A DNA stretch of 63,686 bases, filler included, from Chiloscyllium plagiosum (Eukaryota), in assembly GCF_004010195.1 (NCBI RefSeq). It is 5 parts of one record of this genome, joined end to end, with 100 filler letters (N's around TTAATTAATTAA, not from the genome) between each part and the next. Parts side by side here need not be neighbours in the genome. Positions count along the whole stretch, not along the records: positions 1 to 7,032 come from NC_057717.1; positions 7,133 to 14,818 come from NC_057717.1; 3 more parts are not named here. One strand, written 5' to 3'. Position 1 is the stretch's first letter, and each line of letters starts with the position of its first letter. A program made the translations under genes and the position numbers. Below, in pieces: positions 1-12,350 of this stretch. A model generated the notes under the pieces. It had not been told where the DNA came from, did no database searches, and was given only the letters and a program-made list of their open reading frames with translations.

Positions 1-239
1 CTGTTTATTTGCATGCATGTTCGCTTTTTGATTTCCTGATCAGTTTCATGGCCCTCTTTTTCTGGATTGCAATTTTCTGAGAATTCTTTGGATACCACAA
101 CGTCTGGAATTCTTCTGAAAACACTTGCTGTGATTAATATATTCTTTAATTTGTTATGCTAATCATCATTGAGTCACTTACTCACTCTTTGGTGTTTTCA
201 CCTGAAATAAGGCGACATATCTTTCAGACTATGCAGTAT

Positions 240-867
240 TTCTATAAATCTCCTGGTCCTGACCAGATATATTCAGGAACACTGCAGGAGGACAGAGAAG
301 TAATAGCGGGGGCCATGGTTGGTACTTATGTATCATCAGTAGTCAACGGGTGAGATCCCGGAGGACTGGAGGCTTATTCAAGAAGAGCAACAAAGAAAAA
401 CTTGGGAATTATAGACCGGTAAACCTAACATCTCTAGTAGGTAAGTTTCTTGAGAAGACGCTGAGAGAGACGATATGCATGCATTTGGCAAGGCAGGGTG
501 TGATTATGAGCAGTCAGCACGTCTTTGTGCATGGGGGATCATGGCTCAAAAATTTGTGAGAGTGCTTTGGTGAAATGATCAGTAACTTTGACAAGGGCAT
601 GGTGGTCTACGTAGTGTATATGGATTTCAGTAAGGCCTTCGGTAAGGTTCTACATGGGAGGCTGCTCGGAAGTTTAGATCATATGGAATTGAGGGGAAGC
701 TGGCAAATCAGATCTAAAATTTGTTTGATGGTAGCAAACATAGAGTAATAGTGGAAGCATGCTTGTCGGACTGAAGGCCTGTAATGAGTGGAATGCCTCA
801 GGGGTCGGTTCTGGGACTATTACTGTTTGTTTTATGCATGTATATTTTATATATATATATATATTGC

Positions 868-925
<58 letters not shown>

Positions 926-1730
926 CAGATAAGTGTCAGTTCTTGCATTTTAGAAAGTCAAGTCAAGGTAGGAGTTTCATGGTGAATGACAGGGTGTTAA
1001 GGAGTGCAGGGGAACAGAGTGACCTTGGAATTCAGGTGCATGGTTCTCTGTAAGTGGAGTCCCGGGTACATAGGGCAGTGAAAAAGGCATTTGGCACACT
1101 GGCCTTCATCAGTCAGAGTAATGAGTATCGAAATTAGGGAGTTATGTTGCAGTTATACAGGATGCTGGTGAGGCAATACTGGTAGTGTTATGTTCAGTGT
1201 TGTTCACTTTGCTATAGGAATAATGTTATTAAACTGGAAATAGTGCAGAAGAAATTTGCAATGATGATGCCCGGACTCAATGGTCTGAGATATAGTGAGA
1301 GGTTGGGCAAGCTAGGAGTTTTTACTTTAGAGTGTATGAGACTGAGGGGGATCCGATAAAAGTGTATAGAATCATGGGAAGCATGGATAGAGTGAAAGCA
1401 CTCAGTCTTTTTTTCCACAGGATTGAGCAACCCACGGACTAGAGGGCATCAATTTAAGATCCGAGGGGAAAGAGTAAAAGGGAACCTGAGGGGTAATTTC
1501 TTTCACACACAGGGTGGTATACACATGGAATGAGCTGCCAGCAGAAATGGTTGAGTGAGGTACATTCACAAAATTTAAAATGCATTTGGACAAATACACA
1601 GATAGGAAAGAATAAGAAGGATATGGGCAAGGGCAGGTAAATGGGGTTAATGTGAATCGACATTTTGTTTGGAATGGACCAGTTTGAGCTGAAGGGCCTT
1701 TCTCCGTGCTGTCGGACTCTATGACTCTCA
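240..1730 (+). mobile_element. CR1/HER1-type LINE, 5'-truncated ORF2 (RT) relic with 3' UTR
   Basis: Frameshifted RT motifs KSPGPDQIY, GNYRPVNLTSLVGKFLEK, QHVFVHG, YMDFSKAF and SGMPQGSVLGLLLF. Ends in a CTCTATGACTCT-type CR1 tail at ~1715-1730. Interrupted by (TA)n. Confidence 0.9.
850..922. repeat. (TA)n microsatellite
   Basis: Two visible TA runs inside the CR1. Confidence 0.95.
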
Positions 1731-2107
1731 CAATCATTGCTTCTCCCATTGAATGTTATATTGTATTTCCCCAATTCATTGGAGCGTACTTGACCCTCTA
1801 GCCTCCGGGCTTCCATGATGTTTGACCAGAATGTTCAAACATTCGATATTGTATTCAGACTCCGTGTATAAATGCAATGTATTGATATCACTATTCCTCC
1901 AAAGCTGCTTCAGAACAAGGTTATTAATTAGCCCTCCTGACAACACAACCCAAATCTGAAATAACCTGCTCTCTAGTTTGGTTCACAACATACTGTTCAA
2001 CATATCTAATACACACTTACGGCAGTTTTTCTTCACAGTATTAGTAGTCACTGCAGTTTCGGTGCAACTTGAGACCATCCATTATTACTGCAGCACCCAC
2101 GATGTTA

Positions 2108-2440
2108 CTCATTCACAGGATGAGGGCGTCGCTGGATCACCAGTATTTATTGCCCATGCCAGAGGGCAGTTAATAGTCAGCAGCGTTGTCTTCAGCCTGG
2201 AGTCACATGCAAGCCACACCAGGTAAGGACAGCAGTATCCTTCCCTCAAGGACATCAGCGAACCAGATGAGTTTTTCCAACAATCGACAATGGATTCCTG
2301 GTCATCATAAACCCTTGATTCCAGATACATATTGAATTCAAATTCCACCATGGCAGGATTTGAATTCACGTCCCCAGAATATTACCTGGGTCTCTGGGTT
2401 AAGAGCCCAGCGATAATATCACTTTGTCATTGCTCCCCCT
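2108..2440 (-). mobile_element. SacSINE1-like (Deu-type) tRNA-derived SINE
   Basis: Minus strand starts with a tRNA-like head (B-box-like GAATTCAAATCC). Body has the motif GGTAAGGACAGCAG..CCTTCCCT.AAGGACAT, also seen degenerate at ~15350-15700. Confidence 0.65.
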
Positions 2441-2559
2441 TGCATATAATTGTATACCTAATTTCCTGAGCATATGTTGTAAAGTATTCACGTGACAGAT
2501 TTGGTTTTGATATATAACACACTAATGTTTGCTTCACCTTGCTATTTGTAAGATCCACC

Positions 2560-3240
2560 CAAACTGATTCTGTGGGAAGTGATGGAAATCTGTCTGTGGC
2601 GTTATTCCTGATAGACTTGGAGAAGATCTTCAGGGAGACTCACCTCAACGCTGAGATAATCTGAAGAATTGGTCAGCAATACAGGAGAAACATCAATATT
2701 CTTTCCCCCCAGTTTGCCAGGATAAGTGTCACGATATTCTTCTGCTCCCTCGCACTCACTGTATGTCTGTTATAACACCTATCCCCGAACAAGGCTCACA
2801 CTCTATCTCAAAATAAGGCTCAACCACGACCACACTCACTGTTGAATTCAGCACCTTCTCTCCCTCACTTTTTCTGTCCGTGACGCAATAGCCCCGCACA
2901 CTAATACCACTGCATGGATACAACACTGTGGTCAAACTCCCTCCGGACATCTCACCCTTCCCCTTCCCCAATACCAGCAATAACCGCAAGGACACTCACT
3001 TCCACCCTTACTCCGTCCCTCTTCTTCTCCCATTCCAGAAGAAACAGCCTGGAATAGGACATAAAGGACCAAGCAGAAACAGCCTGGAATAGGACATAAA
3101 GGACCAAGCTGGGTGTTAGAGTGTCTATATCTGTTCCCTCGCTGTCTGCCTCGACATGTGGGGAGGATCCTGGAAAGAGCGAGAGAGGACCAGGACACCT
3201 TGTGTGGAGATTCTGAAACATCCACGTCCTACCAATCAAG
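2560..3240 (+). mobile_element. Degenerate PIF/Harbinger Myb/SANT-like (NAIF1-like) gene relic, two exons
   Basis: 2660-2860 aligns by eye with 18860-19020 (CAGCAATACAG..ATCAATA..CAGGATAAG.GTCA..CACTCACTGTAT.TCTGTTA). A putative second exon after CCATTCCAG (~3038) encodes RILERAREDQDTLCGDSET. Contains a perfect 35-bp tandem duplication at 3040-3109. Confidence 0.55.
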
Positions 3241-3311
3241 TAAAAAGCAATGTTCAGTAAACAGCAATTCTCAATTTAAAAACGCTGGTATTTACAATCT
3301 CATCTCTCTCA

Positions 3312-4132
3312 CTTTTCAGGCTTTGTTAAAAGCATTAATGAAAGACTAAAATAAAAATAATGTTTATTTTCTTCAGTAAAAATGTTAAAAAGAAAAAAAT
3401 AAACGATATAAGTTCATTATGAAAAATCTAAAACATGTCGTTCATTCAAAATTTTGGGCAATCCTCGTAAATACTCGACATCATTTCTCTCACTAAATCT
3501 TCTTACGAGTGTTTGTATTCTAGCATCTGCTTCTTTAATTTCAACGGAATATCGTGCCCTGCTACGAGATGCTCACAGTAAATGTCCCTTCCTCTCTGAA
3601 CTTTTCGTAAACTGTCAATATATTTCCAAATAACTGGATGTTCCACATCAAGTTCGCATTGTCAGCACCTGTGGGCAGCTTCTGCATTATTGTTTGTTTT
3701 GTCCACATTGTTTAAAGATCTTTCATATAAATTCCACATTCCAACTGGAAAAAGCGATGAACGCCGACCATTTGCTCTGCCTAATCTTCTACCTCCATAG
3801 TTATCCTCGAACCAGTCCAGCAGCGGCTGCAAATCATCTGGAAGTGCATCAGTCAAATGTTCAATAGCTTCATGAATGTTTTAAATGTGAATAAATGCAA
3901 GGTCAACGATCATTTTAACTCTGAAAGAAAACTCTGAGTCAATGTTATACTTATTCAAGTGTCATGTTAACATTTTTACTGAAGGGAATAAACATTATTT
4001 TTATTTTTATTGCTTTGATTAATGCTTTTATCGAAGTCTGAAAAGGAATAAATATGAGCTGCGCAGAAATAGTTCTGCGCCGAAATGGGTCTGCGGCAAA
4101 ATGGGCTGCACCAAAAAGGCCGCACCAAACAG
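3312..4132 (-). mobile_element. Mutator-like (MULE) DNA transposon derivative
   Basis: ORF 3662-3856 (LLDWFEDNY...LFPVGMWNLYERSLNNVDKTNNNAEAAH) continues past a stop as ELDVEHPVIWKYIDSLRKVQ, matching the MULE C-terminal WN...RTNNxxE..H motif. Imperfect ~78-bp inverted repeats at 3312-3388 and 3967-4045. GCGCCGAAATG-like subterminal repeats at 4058-4132. Confidence 0.75.
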
Positions 4133-4404
4133 AATCAAGTATTCAGTAAATTACACAGCACAGGAGTACGCCATATAACCATCCCAGGCTGTTATGCAGA
4201 AGCAGAGACGCCCTGGGAAGCTGTCAGGGAATACAGAATATAGATCATTACTCATTTTGTGTTTGGAAAGCTGTAACAAGTGGAATTCTTCTGGGATATG
4301 TATGAGGTCATCAACAAATTACAATCTATTGGAATGAACCGGATGAAGGAGATGGAGCTCAGTTTGCTCAGGCACCAGGATAGTCATTCAATAAGGTGTC
4401 AAAT

Positions 4405-5132
4405 AGAAACAGAGCGTCTGCAATGGGATACAGACGTGGACGGCAGAGCGTCTGCAATGGGATACAGAGCGTCTGCAATGGGATACAGACAGCGGGAGGG
4501 CAGGGCGTCTGTAATGGGATACAGACAGGGGGAGGGCAGGGCGTCTGCAATGGGATACAGACAGGGGGAGGAAAGAGCGTCTGAAATGGGATACAGAGAG
4601 GGGACGGCAGAGTATCTGCAATGGGATACAGACAGGGGGAGGGAAGAGCTTCTGCAATGGGATCCAGACAGGGGAAGGGCAGAGTGTCTGCAATGGGATC
4701 CAGCTAGGGGAAGGCAAAGCGTCTGCAATGGGATACAGACAGGGGAGGGCAGAGAGTCTGCAATGGGATACAGAGAGGGGAAGGGAGAGCATCTACAATG
4801 CGATACAGATGGCTGAAGGCAGTGCGTCTGTAATGGTATACAGACGGGAGAGGGCAGAGTTTCTGCAATGGTATACAGACAGGAGGAGGGCAGAGTGTCT
4901 GCAATGGGATACAGACAGGGGAAGGGCAGAACGTCTGCAATGGGAAACTGATGGGTGAGTGCAGAGTGTCTGCTATTGGATCCAGACGGGGAGGCAGAGC
5001 ATCAGCAATGTGATACAGACGGAGGAGGGCAGTGCTTCTGCAATGGGATACAGACAGTGGGTGTGCAGAAGGTCTGCAATGGGACACAGACTGGGGAGGG
5101 CACAGCAACAAGCAATGGCATACAGACAGAGG
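4405..5132. repeat. 36-bp minisatellite (~20 units), consensus GGCAGAGTGTCTGCAATGGGATACAGACAGGGGGAG
   Basis: Period 36 is visible (CAGGGCGTCT at 4501 and 4537). It explains the overlapping repetitive ORFs here. Confidence 0.95.
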
Positions 5133-5149
5133 ATGGCTGTGAGCAAAGC

Positions 5150-5680
5150 TTTAGCAGGAAAAAAACAGTACAATATATATATGATGGAAATTTTCTGTTT
5201 TGTGGAAAAGACAAAACAGTAGAAATTTATTTAAATGCAAGGCGAATGCAGAATTCATTGTTACAGAGGGATTTGTGTGTCTTAGTACATGAATCACATC
5301 AAATTAACTTGAAGATGTAGCAAGTGATTTGGAAGATAAATGTCGTGATTCTGTTTCGTGCAAGGGGTGTTGGGTATGATCTTAGCGATGTTTTCTGCAT
5401 CAGTACAGGGCATTGCTGAGATTACATCTGTTGTATTATGTGTAGTTATAACTGCCTAAACTGAAACAAAAAAACAAAATTGCTTTCGAAACATCTCGAA
5501 GATGTTTCTCTTTACGCATTCTTGGGATGAAAGCATCACGTTATGAAGAATTAACAGTTCGGCCTGAGAATGAGGGATGTTACATTGACCATATAAGATC
5601 TTGAGAAGAGCATAGTTGGTGAATATCGGATGGATATTTCTTCTTGTGTGGGAGAATAAATCTGGGGAAATAATTTAAGA
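5150..5680 (+). mobile_element. Highly degraded CR1 ORF2 3' fragment
   Basis: QRDLCVLVHES motif and downstream CR1-like sequence. Confidence 0.6.
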
Positions 5681-7032
5681 ATAAGTCAGGTTCAAAGGAA
5701 AGGTCATTGGACTGAAAAATTGAACTCTGAATTCTGTTCCTACATGCTGACAGACAAGCTGAGCTTTTCCAGCAATTACTGTATATGTTTAAGAATATTA
5801 ATTTAACACAGATATTGAGAAGACATGAAAAACTTATTTTTACATTATGCAAGCACATACTAACACATCTTCAAAACAGGTAGGACCATTCAATGTTAAT
5901 GAATTGATTCTGCAATATCTCACTGACCTGGAGTCGAGAATGTGTTGGAGTCATATAGTTCAGACAATGTTCAAGAAGAGCACACCGAGTCCAGTGTGGG
6001 ACTGATAACGTTACTGATTTAACTTACACATGGAAAATGTAGCCTATCTGTGGAGAAACATTCTATTGCTCCCTTTATGTTTCCCTATCGCTCATTACAG
6101 CAATGTGTGGGAGTGAAAAAAAGCCCAGTCGTCTTTCCCACTAATGGAGGATTCCTGATGAGGATTCATTGGAATCTCCCCATTGCCCGAAGCAAAACAA
6201 TTTAGCCAAATTCAAATGTTTCATGAAGAAATTCCATTGTCAGAAGGCTGTGCAAGCAGAATAACAACAGAAGTAAATATCCGACTCGATAGGGAGGGGA
6301 ACAGACAGGAGATTCTGAGGCTGCAAATGAGAATCTGGAATGATGTGTAGCCTCCCACATGCCCAGCGTCCAGGATGTCTCAGAGCTGCTGCAAAACGTT
6401 CTCACTGGGGTTGGGAGGGGGGGGGAGTGGGCGGGAAGCAGCCATAAGTCATTGTGCACATTGGTACAAAGGACAGAGTGACACAGGTAGAAATAGTGAT
6501 GACATCCTGCAGAGTGATTGTAGAGAGCTAGGGAAAAGGATAAAAGACAGTGGTAATATCCAGTTTACTTCCAGTTATCCGTGCTAGTGAGGGTTAGAAT
6601 AGGAGAATATGGCAGATGAAGGGGTGGTTAATGACTTGGTGCAGTGGGCAGAGATTTTCGGATTACTGGGATCTTTTGTGGGGCAAGGTGACCTGTTCAG
6701 GAAGGACGGGTTGTACCTGAACTGTAAGGGGACCAATATGCTGGCAGGCAGGTTTGCAAATGCTGCAAGGGAGGGTTTCAACTAGATTGGCTGGGGTTGG
6801 GGAAGGGTGGGATTCTCAACAGCAGGGAGGCAAGTGCGAGGCTGGAAGGAGATACAGTAATCAGAAACAGTAAAGTGAAGAGACAGGTCAGGCTAGACAA
6901 CGACAGGGAGCAAGGAATGCCTGTTGGATTAAATTGCAACTGTTTCAATGCAAGATGGCTGACAGGTAAGGTCGATGAACTCAGGGCATGGATTGGTGCG
7001 TGGGACTGGGATATTATAGCCATTACTGAAAC

Positions 7033-7132
7033 NNNNNNNNNNNNNNNNNNNNNNNNNNNNNNNNNNNNNNNNNNNNTTAATTAATTAANNNNNNNNNNNN
7101 NNNNNNNNNNNNNNNNNNNNNNNNNNNNNNNN
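7033..7132. other. Assembly spacer N44-TTAATTAATTAA-N44 (also 14819-14918, 34662-34761, 61125-61224)
   Basis: The same 100-nt construct occurs four times, and TTAATTAATTAA gives stops in all six frames. Confidence 0.95.
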
Positions 7133-7493
7133 TTGAACAATCCATCTTCCGCAACTACACTGGCCCCACCCCCCATCTTTTCCTTCGCTACATTGATGAC
7201 TGTATCGGTGCTACCTCGTGCTCCCACGAGGAGGTTGAACAGTTCATCCACTACACTAACACCTTCCACCCTGACCTCAAATTCACCTGGACAGTCTCGG
7301 ACTCCTCCCTCCCCTTCCTAGACCTTTCTGTTTCTATCTCAGGCGACCGAATCAACACGGACATTCCTGAAGAAGGGCCTGTGCCCGAAACGTCGAATCT
7401 CCTGTTCCCTGGATGCTGCCTGACCTGCTGTGCTGTTCCAGCAATAAAGTTTCAACTTTGATCTCCAGCATCTGCAGACCTCACTTTCTCCTC
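7133..7493 (+). mobile_element. Penelope-like element fragment: RT core fused to terminal repeat
   Basis: 7180-7365 translates to FLRYIDDCIGATSCSHEEVEQFIHYTNTFHPDLKFTWTVSDSSLPFLDLSVSISGDRINTDI, a PLE-type RT with YIDD. It is followed by the terminal segment ending CCAGCATCTGCAGACCTCACTTTCTCC. Confidence 0.9.
7363..7398 (+). ncRNA. Minimal type I hammerhead ribozyme motif (Penelope family A)
   Basis: ATTC-CTGAAGA-A-GGGC(CTGT)GCCC-GAAAC-GTC-GAAT. It has stem I ATTC/GAAT, the CUGANGA and GAAA cores, a 4-bp stem II, a palindromic ACGU stem III and a GUC cleavage triplet. Confidence 0.8.
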
Positions 7494-8979
7494 TAAGGGA
7501 GGGACAGGACTGGCAGATTAATGTACCAGGGTACAGGTATTTTATGTGGGACAGAGATGGTGGAAAGTGGGGACGGGGAGTTTCATTTTTGATTAAGGCG
7601 AGTATCACAGCAGTAAACGGAGATAAAATAACTGATGGATCATCCTGCGAGGATTTGCCTGGGGAGCTAATAAATAAGAAGAGAATGGTGATAGGATTTG
7701 GATTGTACTATAGGCCCACGAATAATAAACGAGGAATTAGGGGAACAAAAATATTTAGACAGACTGGGGAGACTTGCAGGGCCAATAGGATTGCATTAGT
7801 GGGAGATTTTAATTTTCCTAACATAGACTGTGAATGACATAGAATTAAGGACTGAGATGGGGTGTATTTATTAAGTGTGTTCAGAATAGTTTCCTTAAGC
7901 AGTAAGCAGAGGGTGCAACTCGGGAAGGGACGAAACTTGACCTACTCTCAGATCTAGGGCAGAGCAGGTGACTGATGTGACAGCGGGGGAGCACTCTGGG
8001 ACCCGTGAACATAGTACTATTAATTTTTAAATAGTTACGGAGAAGGACAAAACTGCTCCACATGTTCAAGTTCTAAACTGGGGCAAGGCGAATTTTGATG
8101 GAATTAGACAGGAGCTTGTAGGGGTTGGTTGGAGGAGTTTGCTTGCAGGCGAAGGGACCTCCTGCAAGTGGGAGGACTTTAAAAGTGAAATGTCTACAGT
8201 TCAAGGTCTATATGTTCCTGTGAGGGTAAAAGACAAGATTGGAAGGAAGAGGGAACCTTAGATGTCAGGAGATATTGAGGCTTTGACCAGCAAAAAGGAG
8301 GCGTGGCTCAGGTCCAGGCAGCTTGGACCGAGGGTATTCCTGGAGGTGTACAGTGGATACAGGAGCTTACTGAAGAAGGAAATCAGGAGGGTGAAAAGGG
8401 GGCACAAGGTAGCTTTGGCTGAGAAGATTAGAGTGAATGCAAAGAGGCTCTATAAGTATATTAAAGTAAACAGAATAACTAAATGAGAATATGACCCCTC
8501 AAGGTCCAAAGTGGACATGCATGTCGAAAACCGTCAGAGATTTGTGAGATTCTCCTTGAATATTTCTCATCTGCCTTTACCGTGGAGAAAATCATGAAGA
8601 CTTCGGAGGTTAACAAAGGTAATAATGTTATCTTGGGGTGAGTCAATATCACAGGAGAAGACGTGTTGGATGCATTAGAATGTATGAAGGTGGATAAATC
8701 TCCTGGTCCTAAACAGATGCTTCCAAGAACACTGCAAGAGGCTACAGAAGAAACTACGGGGACCCTGGTTGATATTTTTGCATCAGCGTTAGCTACAGTT
8801 TAAGATCCAGAATATTGGAGATTAGCAAATGTTGTGCCATTATTCAAGAAGGGAAGCAAAGAAAAATCTGGGATCGATAGACCAAAAATCTGTGGAACGA
8901 AGGTTACTTGAGAAGACTCTGAGGGATGAGATATACATGCATTTGGAAAGATAAGGTTTGATTAGAAATAGTCTTTTTG

Positions 8980-9302
8980 ACAGATTCCCTACAGTATGGG
9001 ATCAGGCCATTTGGCCCAACAATACCACACCGACCCTCCAAACTAACCCAACCAGTCCCATTCTCCTACTCTATATTTACCCCTGATGAATGCACATAAC
9101 ACTATGGGTAGCTTAGCATGGCAAATTCACCTGACCTATACATCTTTGGATTGTGGAAGGAAAGTGGACCACCCAGAGGAAACCCACACAAACACAGTGA
9201 CAATGTGCAAACCCCATACAGAGAGTCACCCGAAGCAGGAACCAAACCCGGATCCATGGCACTATGAGGCAGCAGTGCGAACCACTGAACCACCATGCCA
9301 AC
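8980..9302 (-). mobile_element. HE1-like V-SINE
   Basis: Minus strand has the tRNA head GGCATGGTGGTTCAGTGGTT, the V-domain (CTCTGTATGGGGTTTGCACATT..GTGGGTTTCCTC..GGTGAATTTGCCATGCTAAG) and a CR1-like tail CTGTAGGGAATCT. Confidence 0.85.
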
Positions 9303-11029
9303 CTTGCTTTTTTCAACACAGTTCAATGACACAGGGACAATATCTATTCTGCCCTTCACCCATGATGCACATTCCAATATCACAGAACATGGAAAATTTA
9401 TTCTCCACTGAAAATGTCATATTATTATTATTTATCAATTAGTTTGTTATTATTAATTTTAATAATTATTAATAATAGATATTTTTAGACTGGAAAGATT
9501 GCATGGCTTTGTGAGTGGGAGATCATGCCACTCAAATTTGTTTGAGTTCATTGATGAAGTGACCAGGAATGTTGATGAGGGTAGGGTGGTAGACGTAGTC
9601 TGTATGATTTTCACCGAGGCCTTTGACCAGGTTACCATTGATAGGATGGGCTGGAAGTTTAGAATCGCATGGAATCCAGAGGGAGCTGGCAAATTGGACA
9701 CACAATTGGCTTCCTGGTAGTCAGCAGAGGGTAATAGTGGAAGGATGCTCTCGGACTGGAGGTCTGTGACATATGAAGTGCCTCAGGGGTCGCTGCTGGG
9801 CCCATTGCTGTTTGTTATCTTGATATTCTTGCGAACGTACAAGGCATGATTAGGAAACCTGAAGATGACACTCAAATAGGTGGTATCGTGGACAATGAGG
9901 AAGTATGTCAGAAATTGCAGCAGGACCTTGATCAAACTGGAGAAGTTGCCCGAGGAATAGTTTGGCAACGTTAATCAAGGTAGGAGTTTCATGGTGATTG
10001 ATGGGACCTTAAGGAGCGGAGGGACCATGGAGTTTAGGTCCACTGTTCTCTGAAACTGGGATCATAGTTAGACATGGCAATGAAGAAGGCTTTTGCCACA
10101 CGGGCATGCATCGGTCAGGGCATGGAGGAGAGCAGTTGGGAAGTTATGTTGCAGTTATACAGGAAGTTGGTGGGGCTGCACTTGTAGTGCTGTGTTCAGT
10201 TTTAGTCACATTGCGATGGAAGGATGTTTTTACTTTGGAATGTGTGCAGACGGAATTTACAAAAATGTTGTCAGGACTCAACAATATGAATTATAGGGAG
10301 AGGTTGGACTTTTTTCTTTCTAGAAAAGGAGACTGAGAGGGATCTTATAGAAGTTTACATGGACAGGGTGAATGGATCTAGCCTATTTTTTCCTACAGTT
10401 AGGGAATCCAGGAGGAGAGGGCATCAGTTTAAGGTGAGAGGGGAATGAATAAAAGGGAAACTGATGGAAACTGTTTTAAACAGAGAGTGGTACACAAAGG
10501 GAATGAGCTGCTAACGGAAGAGGTTGAAGCATTTGTATTAACGATATTTAAATGGCATTTGGGCAAGTACATGGACAGGAAAGGACGAGAATGCTATGGG
10601 CCAAGTGTTGGGAAATGAGGTTAGTGTGGGTGGATATTTGGGTCAGCATGGACGAGTTTGGGCCAAAGGGCGTCTCTGCCTCTCTCCATGCTGTATGACT
10701 TGATGACTCTATAAATGGAACAGAATTTGAGTCAAACTGTGTGCGTGTGCCTGTGTATGTGTCTGTTTGTGTGTGTGTGTGTGTGTGTGTGTCTGTGTGT
10801 ATTTCTCAGCATTTTTGAAAGAAAAATATTAATGTACATATTTGCAATATCCGCTCGACACTCCTCTTTCCATCATAGTTTGAGCAACTTTGTTTTGGTC
10901 ATAAATGTGTTGTTTTAGCAGATTCAAGAAATCTGCCTGATTTGTTCCTAATACTGACCCTGACACATTCTGAGAACTATATCATTGGCCGTATCACCAA
11001 CATAGTTATAATTATTTTTTGTGGTCAGT

Positions 11030-12350
11030 ATCAGCCAACGTTAGTGTCGGGGAGTTCGTTGGAGGGGAGTCTGAGGTATAGGATTTAGATCTATTTAGAA
11101 AGACAAGAACTGCTTAGGGATAGTTAATATGGATTTGTGTGATGGAAATCAGGTCTAAATAATGTGATTGAGTATTATGAAGAGGTGACAAAGAAGACTG
11201 AAGAAGACACTGTGGTATATATTGTTTACACAGACTTCAGCAAGGCGTTTAACAAGGGTCCCCATCGTAGACAGATTACTAAAACTAGGTTATATGTAAT
11301 CTAGGAAAAACTAGCCAATTGGATACAAAATTTGATTGAAGGTAATGGATTGTTTTCCACACTGAAGGCCTGTGGCCAGCGGCGTGCTGAAAGAATCAGT
11401 GCTGAGCTCACTGCTTTTCATCACGGATATAAACAACTTTGAAGTGATTATCGGAGGCATGGTCAGTAAGTTTACAGATAACATCACCAAAGTGGTGCAG
11501 TGGACAGTAAAGAATATTATCTCAGAATACAACGGGATCCTTGACCAACAATGAGCCAAGGACTGGCAGATGGAGTTTAATTTAGATATTTGTGAGGTTT
11601 TGCATTTTGGTAAGTTAAAGCAGGGTAGTGCCCTGGGGAATGTTGCTTAACAAAGAGAACTAAGGGTGAAGATTCATAGTTCCTTGTAAGTGGAGTTTAT
11701 GTCGGTAGAGTGGTGAGTAACGCAGTTGGCATGCTTGCCTTAATCGGTCAGAGCATTGAATATAGGAGTCGGGGTAGCGTGTTGCGCTTGTACAGGACGT
11801 AGGTGAGGCCACTTTAAGAATACTGCGTACATGTCAGTTGAGTCTGCTAAAGGATGGATTTTATTAAGCTTGAAACGGTGCAGAAAAGATTTACAAGGAT
11901 TTTCTGGAACCTGAGGGTTTGAGCTACAGGGAGATGATGAGCAGGTTGAGGCTTTTTCCTCTGGCTTGCCAGAGGCTGAATCGTGACATGACAGAGGTTT
12001 TAAAAAGTCCTGAGGGCCATGGATAGTCTGAATGGGCAAGATCTTTTTTCCAGTATAGGGGCGTCCAGAACAAGACGGCATACTGTGAAGGTGACAGGGC
12101 AAAGACTTAGAAGGGACCTGAGGGGAAACTTTTTCACACAGAGGCTCGTGGGTGTACTGTCAGAGAAAGTGGTGAAAGCGGATACAATTACACGTTTAAA
12201 ATGTAACTGGATGGGTACATAAATAGGAATGCTTAAGAGGGATGTGGGCCAAAAGCTGACAAGTTGGACGAGATCTGATTAAGATGCCTGATTGGCGTGG
12301 ACAATTTGGACAAAAGGATCTGTTTCCACGCAGTATGATTCCCTTATTCT
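11030..12350 (+). mobile_element. Degraded CR1 ORF2 3' portion
   Basis: DFSKAFNK, SVLSSLLFITDINN, VSKFTD and RDLRGNFFTQR motifs. Confidence 0.85.

Larger units (their letters stand above)
6200..10715 (+). mobile_element. Near full-length degraded CR1 LINE (ORF1 SGNH-esterase relic, APE endonuclease, RT, tail) with nested insertions
   Basis: 6340-6780 matches the CR1 ORF1 esterase pattern (VIVHIGT..., DILQSDCRELGKRIK). Endonuclease motifs CFNAR...DIIAITE, YYRP and VGDFNFPNID. RT motifs HGFVSGRSCHSNLFEF and VPQGSLLGPLLF. Tail TGACTCTAT at ~10705. A Penelope piece (7033-7493) and a SINE-containing insert (8974-9499) interrupt it and the CR1 resumes in register. Confidence 0.9.

Noticed and set aside
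4280..5320. Multiple overlapping ORFs of more than 100 aa
   Set aside because: They are translations of the 36-bp minisatellite on both strands.
7077..7088. TTAATTAATTAA palindrome found four times (piggyBac TTAA or PacI-like site)
   Set aside because: It is always centred in exactly 44+44 Ns, so it is an artificial scaffold spacer.
8980..9302. tRNA-like sequences
   Set aside because: They are SINE heads joined to V-domain bodies, not tRNA genes.
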